Source: Camelus dromedarius (taxonomy: Eukaryota). Taken from it: a DNA stretch of 64,000 bases. The stretch lies in contig NC_087437.1 of the NCBI RefSeq assembly GCF_036321535.1, positions 16,122,001-16,186,000 on the forward strand. Reading direction: 5' to 3'. The notes below the pieces were generated by a model, which had not been told where the DNA came from, did no database searches, and worked only from the letters and a program-made list of their open reading frames with translations. A program made the translations under genes and the position numbers. Shown here piece after piece: positions 50,516-61,518 of the stretch (position 1 is the stretch's first letter; each line of letters starts with the position of its first letter).

Positions 50516-50764
50516 TACATAGGATGGTGTCGGAGTGTGTGTTCCAGAGGCCAGTGGCTCCCCCACCAAGTTATTGGAGAAGACTTAATAACTGCTCCCT
50601 CCCCCCTAATAGGGCAGGAAGGGAACACATCCCAGATCCTGGGCCCTGTGACTCGCCAGAAGCAGAGTATGTTAGAATCATTCTCACTGGTGTGACCCCA
50701 AACAAGAACTGAGTGCATAGGAGGCTCTGAAGCCTCAAATATGCAGTGTAAGAAGTCACTGGCA

Positions 50765-50895
50765 GGGGAGGGTATAGCTCAGTGGTGGAGCACATGCTTA
50801 GCATGCACAAGGTCCTGGGTTCAATCCCCAGTCCCTGCATTAAAAATAAACAGATAGATAAAACTAATCACCTCCCTCCCAAATAATAGTACACG
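50765..50895 (+). mobile_element. tRNA-Ala(AGC)-derived SINE, camelid Vic-1-like
   Basis: Head GGGGAGGGTATAGCTCAGTGGT with box A, a cttAGCat anticodon-like loop and box B GGTTCAATCCC, then an AT-rich tail. Perfect 13-bp TSD gaagtcactggca at 50752-50764 and 50896-50908. Confidence 0.9.
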
Positions 50896-51939
50896 GAAGT
50901 CACTGGCAAATAAACACAAACAATCACCAATAAGTATTATACGGTTAGCCCTGACCTCAGCTTACACCCTGCATTTGAGAAGTTCCCATCCAGGCCAGTT
51001 TTGTAAAAGCCACTAAAGACTATTCCAGACTGTGTGTGTGGACATGCAGTTGGAGGAGACAGCTAAAGACGTTCTGGTTCCCAAGCAGCTGATGTGCGAC
51101 ATCCTGAAGGTGAGATGAACCTTTCTCCCTATTCCCAGGTAACTTTGTACTTGGAGAGGTCCTTACCTTCTGAGGCTCCTTCAGAGAGGCTCACAGGTCT
51201 GGGGTACGGCTCTGATGCAAGGTTGCCCCATCTTAAAGCCCCGCCCTTTACTTAGTTGGGGCGGGAGAAGATGGACAGAATTGCCCCAGCAGAATGGCTC
51301 ACAGCTGCAGAAGGCCCCATTCCAGCCATGTAGCAAGTAGAAGAGAAAACTTCCTCTACTAGGAACTTACCAATTCCATGCACAATTTGCTAATTACCCC
51401 AAAGACCTCAATCCATGCTGTGTCTTACAAGCCTAAGCAATTCAGCTAATCTACTCGCAATTTTCCACAGGAATGAATTCTAACTTGTCACCAAATTCCT
51501 CAGGCAGCCTCCTGAACCCGAAATCCTCTCTGCGCCTCCACCAATGCCAACCTACCTCCTGGCTGTGGACAAAGCAAGGTCAAGGCCAAGGTCATGTCAC
51601 ACCCCTTGGTTAGGTTTGTCCATGAGATCCCACCAAAGAGAGAAAGACCCCAATGTACATGGAGGGAAAACGTAGGCAGGTCAGCAGAGCCACGGCCAGG
51701 ACATCTCAAAGTGTGGTTCCCAAGGGAGGGGGTGTGACCAAGTCTGGACTCGGCCCCTCGCTATAGATGCCCAGAACCCCTCCACACCCCGAAATTCGGT
51801 GTGTCTCTGGTGAGTGAGACCCCACGCACTCCCTCTGAGCAGGAGGTGGGTCACTAACCTCTCCAACCTCAGTTTCCTCAGATGTGTCTAATGGTCACTA
51901 CCTTGGAGGAAGCCTGGCTAACACTCCAGGGCAGGCCCT

Positions 51940-52105
51940 CGGTGCCAGGCACGTTTCTAAGTGCTTTACTTGTATTAACTCTTAGCAGATGCTTTATTGT
52001 GCCCCATTTTCAGGTGAGGAAACTAAAAAACAGAGACCTTTCCTAGGTCACACCATGGTGGAGACAGCATGTGACAGGCGTCTGACTCCGTGCCCTTACC
52101 CTCCA
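51940..52105 (-). mobile_element. MIR SINE
   Basis: gtgccaggcacgtttctaagtgctttacttgtattaactc..ccccattttcaggtgaggaaact..ggtcacac..tctgactcc. Confidence 0.75.
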
Positions 52106-52107
52106 TC

Positions 52108-52308
52108 GCAGTGGGGCTAACCCTTGAGTGTACATTAGCATCTCCTGGAGGGTGTGTTAAATAAGACACAGATCACTGGACCCCATCTCCAGGTTTTCCC
52201 CATCCAGTGGCTCTCAAGACAGGAACACAGGCATTTGCACTTCTCAGAATCAGCACTCAGGGGGTGCTGATTGCTGCTAGTCCAGGGACCACACTTTGAG
52301 AATCACTG
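52108..52308. mobile_element. MER5A-like MITE
   Basis: cagtgg..cttgagtgtacattagcatctcctggaggg..gctgctagtccagggaccacactttgagaatcactg. Confidence 0.75.
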
Positions 52309-53261
52309 CTCTGCACTCACCTACCTTCCTGATAGACATAAAGCCCTGACTCAGGATGATAGGCATCGAGGTTCTGGAGATACCCAGGAAGAGAGGAAGG
52401 AACCCTCATACTCTTGGGCATGAAGGATGGGAGAGGCTTGTCTCCTGCACAAGGTGTCTGTGCCCACTGGCACTTTGGCCCCAGGGAGCTTTACTCACAC
52501 TGTCAAAAGAGCTCCCTGGGGAAAAGGCTACTGACAGCAAGACCCCAGTCCCCTGAATTCCAGTTAGACATGCTGCCTCATCATCTGGCAGATAATTAAT
52601 TCTAATTCAGATCCTTTCTTAAAAACACACTTTGCACAGTGGTCAGTGGCTCATGGCCCTGACAGCCAGGCTAAAGAGAAGGAGTCTATGGCCGTGCTGT
52701 GCAGCCCAGGGGATGGCTCACTGGGGGCCTCTGCCAGGCACACCTGCAGTCACTCAGGGTCACTAGGGGTGGAGGCAACATAGGAGGCAGGTGGGAGATG
52801 CTTAATTAATGTTCTGGGGTCAGGGATTATGGGAATGGAGGTGATTTGTGGGAAAGATGTGGAGATTATAACTCATCTCCCTATGCCCTCTCCCTGCCCA
52901 TCTCTAATACTCAAAGATAGGAATGAAGGATGAATCTACAGAGCATGTGTTTACTGCATCATCTGAAAACCACTGAAGTTCTTAGATATTGAATAAGAAC
53001 ACCGACTACTACAATTATAGGCCTCTTCCCACCTCCCTGTACCCTGCCCTACCCAAAGTTACGTGTAGAGCCAGGTCACTGGGCTCATACTGAGAACCCC
53101 TAGGATAATTGAAATCAAATGAGGATTAGAAGTTACTCTTGACCACCCATGTGTGAAGTGAACATAAACCAGTGAAGGTTGTGGTCTGGGACTCCAGGAA
53201 TACTGAGGAGGGGAGAGTGAGACATCAGGTGGGAGGATGAGAATCTACAAAGTATCAGTTA

Positions 53262-53672
53262 ACACCCACATCAGCAACAGAAAGGTCAAATCCCACGTGA
53301 TCATCTCCATAGATGCAGAGAAAGCATCTGATAGAATTCAACATCCATTCATGATAAAAACTCTTACCAAAGTTCATATAGAGGGTACAAACCTCAACAT
53401 AATAAAAGCTATAATGACAAACCCACAGCCAACATAATACTCAATGGGGAAAAGTTGAAAGCCTTCCCACTAAAATCTGGAACAAGACAAGGATGCCCAC
53501 TCTCACCACTTCTATTCAACATAGTGTTGGAAGTCCTAGCCATAGCAATCAGTCAAGAAAAAGAAATAAAAGGGATCCAAATTGGAAGGGAAGAGGTAAA
53601 ATTGTCACTATTTGCAGATAAGATGATACTATGTATAGAAAACCCTAAAGACCCCATACAAAACAATAGAAC
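53262..53672 (+). mobile_element. LINE-1 ORF2 reverse transcriptase fragment (internal, defective)
   Basis: Translates [24 protein letters not shown]...NIIKAI, then after a frameshift [28 protein letters not shown]...[21 protein letters not shown]. These are L1 RT motifs, with FADD changed to FADK. Confidence 0.95.
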
Positions 53673-55409
53673 AAAGATTCTAACAGCTGTGTTTTGTTCT
53701 AAGAAAGCCAGGCTGGCCTGGGAACTCCATTATCCTTTCTGAAACAGCAATGGCTCTGGCACCAACTGGCTCAGCATGATTAGTTCCCCAGAAAGTGAAG
53801 CGAGGGAGACATACAGCCATGGTGGGGTATCATCAGGCAGGGTTCACTGCTACCAGGAAGGTTCAAGGGACACTTAAGATCCCTGTCAGAGTGAGCCCTG
53901 CATTCACTGCCACACCTTGAAGCTCAGAAAGAAGGCACAGGGTCATTTTCAGAAGTAGCCAGGGGCTTTGTATTGTCCAAAATATCAACAGGGCTGGGGG
54001 CAGGTGGACGTAGAGGGGAATTGCTGAGGGCACAGAATGGTTATCAAACAGAGGAGGGGTGTCTGGATCACACTGGACGGTCATTCAAGTTGACTGAGGT
54101 CAGACAGCAAATTATTCACCATCAGGGAGTCTTTTGAGACTAGTAATTTCTAAATGAGAACAGAACAGGTACACAGAAGTCTGGGAACAAACTCTCAATC
54201 CCTCTCAGAGAGGACCAGCCCTGATGTTAGGGGTGAGGGTAGGGGACAGTGTGTTCTGCAGCCCCCACTTCAGGGTAGGTGGGCTGGACAGATCCACGGA
54301 CAGTAGTAGACAACTGAGAGAAAAGAAGGGCCCCCCTCTCCTTTCCCGTGACACTTGCATCCCTCTTGGGCTGACCTTGTCATCATCAGCCCTTGATGGG
54401 TGCCACACTGCTGCTAGTCATGACTGGCACACAGCGTTCCCAGACTGAGCCTTCCAGTGATCCCCAGAGTGAGAGTGGACAAGTGGACACAGGGCACTTT
54501 CCATTCACCCCTGTACCCAGCACCCAACACGTTGCCTAACAGAAGGAAGGTGCTCCGTACATATTTGGTGATTCAAAAAAGTTTGAGTTGAGAAAGCTTA
54601 ACATGTCAAATGTCACCTACAGGGGTCCATGACCTCAAACAACATGCTTTTAAAGGAATTAATCCCTTCCTAGGTATTTAGTGGGACTTTCTCTCACTTA
54701 CTCTTAACTGCAATCAATTGTAGGCTATTCTAATTTTAGTTTCATGAAGTTTAACACACTCCTTTTCAACCCCATCTGCATCTTTAATTCAATGTCACAA
54801 ACTTCCCCAGAGAACCAGCCTGAGAAAGCAGCCTCCCACTGAATGTCAGTCACTGCAAAGTTCCCGAGATGCAGAAATGGAAGCGGCACCATGCCTGGTA
54901 CAGTAGAGGCAAGTTGGAAGGGCAGTGAAGCATGGCTCATCCCTCTGAAAGCAGAACCAGGCTCCTGTCCCACCAGGACGAGGTCTGGCTGAGTAGAGAG
55001 GATGGACAAGGCTCCGCTGGCCAGGGAAACTTTGCTAACTTCATTTGTGTCTTCTGCCATCCCCTGTACACTACGACTTTATTCTAAGAATTGTTTTACC
55101 TTTCTAAAGCCACCATCACTCCAAGATTTCTTGTAGCCACCCATTCATCAGGGTAGAATAAGCTGAAATAAGAAAACAGAAAATGATGGGCAAATAAGCC
55201 ACTTCTATGCTGCTGAGACTCTGACCCATGCTATGCTGTTCTCCTAAAGGAGAGAGTTTCTTGTCACTCCAATCAGACTTCAGTTTCCTTTTCTGATCTT
55301 TAAATTCATGTTGAACCAGTGTCACTCTGGAAATGGCTTTCTGACACACAACATAATGACAAGTCCCAGCTGCCATCTTTATGGCAGAACTCAACTTTGT
55401 AAATAACTT

Positions 55410-56800
55410 CAATGGGGAAATAAACAAACATGGCTGTGAGAACCCAGAGAAGGGCACTGCCATTGTCCTAGGGGGTCAAGGAAGGCATTCCTGAGTGGGG
55501 TCTGCTAAACTGGAACCCAGGGAGTGAAAGGATTTATCAGATTGGGAAGGGGGAGATGTTAATGGTGGAATTAGTATTGCAGGAGGAGGAAGCAGCAGGA
55601 ACAAAAGTTCAAAAGGTGGCATGTCTGTGGCATTGCAAGCTGTTCAGCAAGGCTGGGGAATAAAATGCTGGATTTGGATGCCTTCAGGGGAGGCAGGGGC
55701 TAGATCATGAAGGGTCTTATATGGCATGAGGAATCCGAGTATTATGTTGAATGCAATTGGTGGAAAGTGGCTTGGAACAAAGGAATTAGATTTTCTGTAA
55801 ATCACTCTGGTCACAAAATGGAAAAAAGAGTGGAGGAACTAGACTCAATTCTGGGAGCCTCATCATTAGGAGGCTGGTATAAAACGCTGTAGTCAAGAGA
55901 TGGTGGCCTGGGTGAGGGTGTGAAGTAGCGGCGGAGATGGAGAAAAGTGAACCAGTTCAAGAAATACGAAGGAGGTAAGATCAGCAGAAGGTGGAGGTGG
56001 TTTGGGTGTGAGGGGTGAGTGGGGGAGGAGTGAGGATGTTTCTGGCTTGGACAGTGAAGTGGGTTTTGATATCATTCACTGAAAAAAGAACCAAAAGGAG
56101 GAAGAAGTTGGGGGAGGGTAACAATATACATCTGAGTTGCCCATGGGCCATTGGACATAGGAGCTCATTGTTTAACAAAGAGATCCGGGCTGATGATACA
56201 GATTTGGGAGCCATCCTCTTTTCTAGATGGTCATTAAAGCCATGGGAGTGGAAGAGTCTCCCCCTTGAGAGTGTGAGAGCGGGGAGAGAGGGGGGTGCGC
56301 ACAGAGCCCTGAGAACAGCTGTGTTTAAAAGATGCCCTGACAAAGGGTGGCTCCTAGAGGGGTCTGGAGAGAGTCGCTGTAGGGGATGAGGAACAGCCAG
56401 GGGCGTGCTGTGTCTGTGAAGCCAAAGGAAAGCCGTTCAGGGGAGAACAGTGGCCCCAGTGTCCAGGGATGCCAAGGGGGCCATACGAGGCGAGGACTGA
56501 AAAATGCCCATGGGCTTGGCGGCAGGAGGACATGGCGACCTCGGTAAGGCGGCTGCAGCAGAGGTGGTGGCAGAATATGCTGGCAGGGCTGAGGAAAGAG
56601 AGCCTATCAAAATCTTTCAAGAAACTCGACTTCAAACAGGAGAAGAAAATAAGGAAGTAGCGGGACGAGGCTCCTTTTGGTTGTTACTTTTCAGTGGGAA
56701 AGACTTGAGCGTGTCTAAAAGCTGATGAAAAAGAGTCCATGGGGAGAGAAAAGAAGGGGGCTCATGAAGAGGGCGAGGCCCCAAGAAGGCGAGGGGTGCA
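55410..56800 (-). mobile_element. L2 LINE fragment
   Basis: gggtcaaggaaggcattcctgag..aatcactctggtcac..agagatggtggcctggg..gagaaaagtgaaccagttcaagaaata..gatacagatttgggagccatc..gaggactgaaaaatgccca. Confidence 0.8.
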
Positions 56801-59800
56801 GCAGGACGGGGGCTGTGGCTGAAGATGCAGCCACCCTACTTCAATTTGGAGAGTGAATTAAATGAGGACTGGCATGTTCCAGCAGGACCCGAGTTCACCT
56901 TCCCACCTCCTCGCCATCTGATCACGTGGTTCCCACAGCCTCTTATGCACACCACCCAGGAGCAATGGTTGAACCCATGTTCCTCGAGTCACGATGCCAG
57001 AGCCGCATGGCAGGCATGCCCATTTCTGATGAGAGGGATGATCAGACGGTGAGAGAGGATCTGGTAAGAAATGCACTGAAGCTTCCAAGGCTTCTCTCCC
57101 ACTCAAATACCCCAGTGGCCACTGCCCACCATCAATGGGAGAAAGTCCAAATTCTTGATCCTGGCGGGGAGGCCCATGCCCACCTCTCCAGCCCAACTTC
57201 CCACCATACACCTGCTGCCTGCCATGCCCTTTCTGCCTCTGTTTCTGCACCCCTGGCTGTCCCTGTTCTAGGATGCCTTCCGCTCCCCCGCCTGTGAGCT
57301 CACCAGGCCCCTGCTTAAATGTCACGGGTCTTATGAGGATGTCCCCATATGCATAGTCAGTCACCTAAACAATTGTCTTCATTTCCATCATATTCAATCC
57401 AGCGGGCTCACCCTCCAGTCTCTGAGCTCCCCGAGGACAGGGACTGGATCATATTCATCTGCGTGTCTCCAGCACCCTGCTTAGGGTCCATATCTAATAA
57501 ATATTTATGGAGGGGAGGGCATGGCCAGGCCCAGGGAGACTGAGGCCAGAAAGAAGGAGCAGTCTGAGTGCGTTGGGGTCAAGAAATAGACAACCTCTGG
57601 GCACTGGATAAGAGAGCTCAGCCACAGAGGATGGAGGGGGCGCCCAGGGGAACAGGCTCAGCTGGGATGGTAAGCGAGAGGCTACGGGAGGTTACCCTGG
57701 CATGTAGGGAAGTCCAGGGCAAGTTCACGGACATCCTAATGAATGGACCAACTGGCAGACAGTGGGAGTGGGATATCTATGTCTCAGGGTTAGAGTCTTA
57801 TCCATAGGGCAGGGCCCAGGGTCAGGACCTCAGACTCCCAGGAACTGGAGTAGGAGATGGGGAGCAGTGCCTCATAATAGCAAAGCAGGACTCCACTCAT
57901 TCAACAGCATGCATGAGGCTGCTGCTGGCTCTGAGGGCTTTGCCGAGTGCTGGGTAGGTACCATGGAGTCATAGAGTTAGCACAGCCTTTTGAACTGTGT
58001 AAAGGGTAAATCACAGCTCAGCAGGGAAGAAAGAAGCCTTCTTGGGGACCAAGGCTTCAGCCACAGGGAGAGAAAGGCCGCTGGCAGGTCTCTGACGATG
58101 ACACACCACACGAACAAGGGGAGGTAGGAGGCAGCGCCACCCCTCGGCAGACGGGCCAGGAGGACAGGTCAGACAGATCGGGGAGGACACTTGGTTTTTC
58201 CACTCAGACTTGGGATGTGTTTGGGCAGGTCACCAGATTCCTCAACTGTGACTTCGCCAGCATTCACACAGGAGGGAATCAGCCAGACTGGGTGTGGAGG
58301 CTGGGCTGTTTGCCAAGGGGCTTTACTACCACGGGACAGGGTCCTGACTGCACAGCGATCTCTCCCTGTGCAGGTGCGGTGGCATTTGTTGAATGAGCAG
58401 GTGAGTGGTGACATGTGAGCATGGGGCTCTCTCTGCCCACATCAGGGTCATGGGAAAGCAATGAAGATCTCCTCAGAAAGCTTCCTATGTCTCAGCTGTA
58501 CGAACAGAACACACTGCTTCCAAATCTGAGCGGTTAGCCTACCTTCTGCTGGGTGGCTAAGCTTGTGTGTTGACTGAGTTTCCTCTTGCTGCTGGGGTGG
58601 TAGGGCTGGATAACAGCCCAGCCCCCTTCTCGAGCACGCATTAGAGGTCTGGAGATAGAGCACACGGATGCCCAACACTTAAGATCAGTGGGGTTTGGCA
58701 CGCCAGTTGGACTTCCCGTGTGGCCACAGACATCTCCACATCTCTGACCACAGCCAAGAGATTTTTCAAGAGGCAGATAAGCTGATTAAGGCTCCCATAG
58801 CAGGTTTTGGTCTGAGTAAGAGCTGGGAGTAGTCTACATTTAGGATTTAAAGTGAGTCTTTCCATCAGCTAATTAGAGGCATTATTCCTGGGGTGAGGCC
58901 GGAATTATGGCCGTTTGAGAAGTTCAAAAAATAAATAAATCACACATTCAATCATATAATTGGTAATAGAAATTGCTTTTTTTTTTTTTTTCTGAGCACT
59001 TGCTATAAGCCAAGCACACCAAGTATTTATACAACTGGTATTATTAGACCGACTTTGAAAGAGAATTGACTAGTAAGGCTCAGGTTCAAATGGCTTGTTC
59101 TAGATCACAGTGAAGAGGCAGGAACGGCACCCAGGTTATCTGCCTGCAGCACGCTCGGAATCGCCCAGCACACGGCCAGCTGAGCTAGAAGTCTTTCCGG
59201 AATTCCTCCTGGCCATCCCAGTCCTGTCACCCAGCGCGGGGGACTTACACTCTGAGGCTTTGTGTCTGTAAAATGGGGGTACTATCAGCCACTCTACGAG
59301 GTTTTTGCAAGGGGGTGGAACGGAAGGCCCCTTGCAAGTGACACAGTCTAGCTCCTGGTTCTTAGGGGAGCTCCGTGAATGTTACCTGGTATCAGTCAGT
59401 TTATTTTGCTTCTAGAGATTTGGGAACATGATCTAAAAATAGAAAGCAAATCAGTGCCTGAGATTGTCTACAAAAAGTCTCCTTGCCTCTGATAAGGTCA
59501 ATCCTTTACCTCTGCGGATGTGGGGGTTTTGCAAACCTCTCAGGTGCGTGTCTCTGTCATCTTAATCATTTCTGCCCTTTACCTGGAATGTTTGCTGAAG
59601 TTGGAACTGAGCTTGGCTTTGTTCCTGGGTGGGTTCCCAAGCTGCCTGTCATTCTGGACTAGGGGTTGGATTTTGGAAACTTCTTAAATATGTTGCTTAA
59701 GCACATTGCCTGCTCTCACAGACCAGGGGCCCATCCATCCTGGTGCTAAACTGAATCTCTGCTTTGGATTAAAACCCAATTTCTAGGCCTATCCATCAAT

Positions 59801-61296
59801 ATGAATCAGCTAATAACTCTTCAGAGATTTTTTTTTTGTGACCAAAACACCATCCTCAGGGGTCAGCCTGCTGGATTTCCCACAGTGCACCAATGTGCAA
59901 GAGGGTTTTAGGATGCACGTGTCCAAATTCTTTAAAATCCTAATAGTTATACATTTATTTTAATGTATACTAGAGAAAAATATATCTAGTACGTGAAACA
60001 CATTCTCCATTATTTCACACATATCATAAAGTTTTCTCTTAAAATAAATGTATTCAAGTAAAACCATGTCTTGGTTTTAAGAAGAAATAGTAACTAAATG
60101 GCAGTACATTTCATATGTGAGTATGGCAAAAAAATCTTAAAGGAAGGACTTGAAAAATGGAAGTTTGTAAATCTAGGAATCCTCCTCATTTTTTTTTTTT
60201 TTTTCAGCTTTCCCACACCCTGCTCTGGCGCCTCCTGTGACACTCATTTTCCCCGATACCCAATAGCCCTGCTCCTTGCCCTGGAATTCCAAGCTGGAGC
60301 AATGCCCTGACCCACCTCTTCTCACCTGGCTGCTTCCTGGCTGTGCTTGGAGTCTCAGCTCCACTTAAAGGCATCCCGGGGTCCTCCCACCTGGTCGCCT
60401 GCCTCTCCTCTGGGGCCCCTCAGCTCTCTGTGCTTCTCACCATGGTAATGTTCACTCTCTGTATAGTGATGGTCTGTTTCTGTGTCTGCATCCCACCCTC
60501 CCAGACCGGGAGCGTGGCCAAACTGGGGAGCATGTCTCATTCATGCTGAATCTGCAGGCCTGGGGCACAGTCCTCACACAGCAAATCTGTTGAATAAGTG
60601 AACTAATAATGGAATCCACGCACCTTTGCCATCAGTTGCCTCCAACCAAGGAAACCAAAGGACCAACAATACTCATTGATTCCATTGATTCTTCTTGAAA
60701 TGACTTCACCGCAGGCTCAAGGTTGGGCCACCTTTACTCCTGCTTTTGAGAGCCATGCTTACACCACCCTGTGTACGTGGTTTTATTTGTGCTTCCACTA
60801 AAGGGAAATGCAGCAGCTGAGCAGGGCACCTGGTGAAGGGTGTCCCTGCTGAACAGAGCAGATGGCACCAAGCCTCACACCCGCCTTGCCTGCTGGGGGA
60901 AGGGCCCCTTTGCCTGTGGGTGACCTCCAGCCTTACTCACAGTCCGATGTTTTCCAAATGCAAACTGCCTACTACAACTTTGAAAGATATTTTCTCTGAC
61001 ATCCAATTTAACAATTAACAATTTTTTTATTGTTTTTTTTTTTTCCCCACCATGGGGCTCAGCTCCTGCTGGGATGTTTCACAGAGAGGGCAGTTTGCCA
61101 GGCATTAACTTGTCTGGCCCAGGGGGCCTAACTGTACAGCTGATTTCATCTGAATGAACATCATTCCTTTGGTCTTGTTTGAAAACTGTTATGTAGCACT
61201 GAGACTTAGTTAACTGTTTGTGGTTCTGAGTCTCTGGATAGCCAGAGAGCAAGAGATCCACCATCTCTTCTAGAACCTAGTACAGCAGATATAATC

Positions 61297-61518
61297 CAGG
61301 GGATGGTAGAACTTTTCTGTGAAGGGCCTGAGAGTAAATATTTTAGACTCGTGAGCCGTGTGTTATCTTTCACAACTATGCGACTCTGCCATTGTAGCGT
61401 GGAAACGGTCATAGATGGTGTTTAGATCAATAGGTGTGGCTGTGTCCCAGTAAAACTTTATTTACAAAACAAGGTGGTGGGCTACATGTGGTAGACAGAT
61501 CTTAATTTGCCGAATCTG
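61297..61518. mobile_element. hAT-Charlie MITE, MER58A-like
   Basis: cagggg..ttttctgtgaagggcc..agtaaatattttag..actctgccattgtagc..gtgtggctgtgtcccagtaaaactttatttacaaaa..tttgccga. Confidence 0.85.

Noticed and set aside
50765..50840. Functional tRNA-Ala(AGC) gene
   Set aside because: It has extra 5' G residues, stem substitutions, an AT-rich tail, no T-run terminator and a perfect 13-bp TSD, so it is a tRNA-derived SINE.
53237..53742. Active retroelement or domesticated reverse transcriptase gene
   Set aside because: Only ~410 bp, frameshifted, and the catalytic FADD is changed to FADK.
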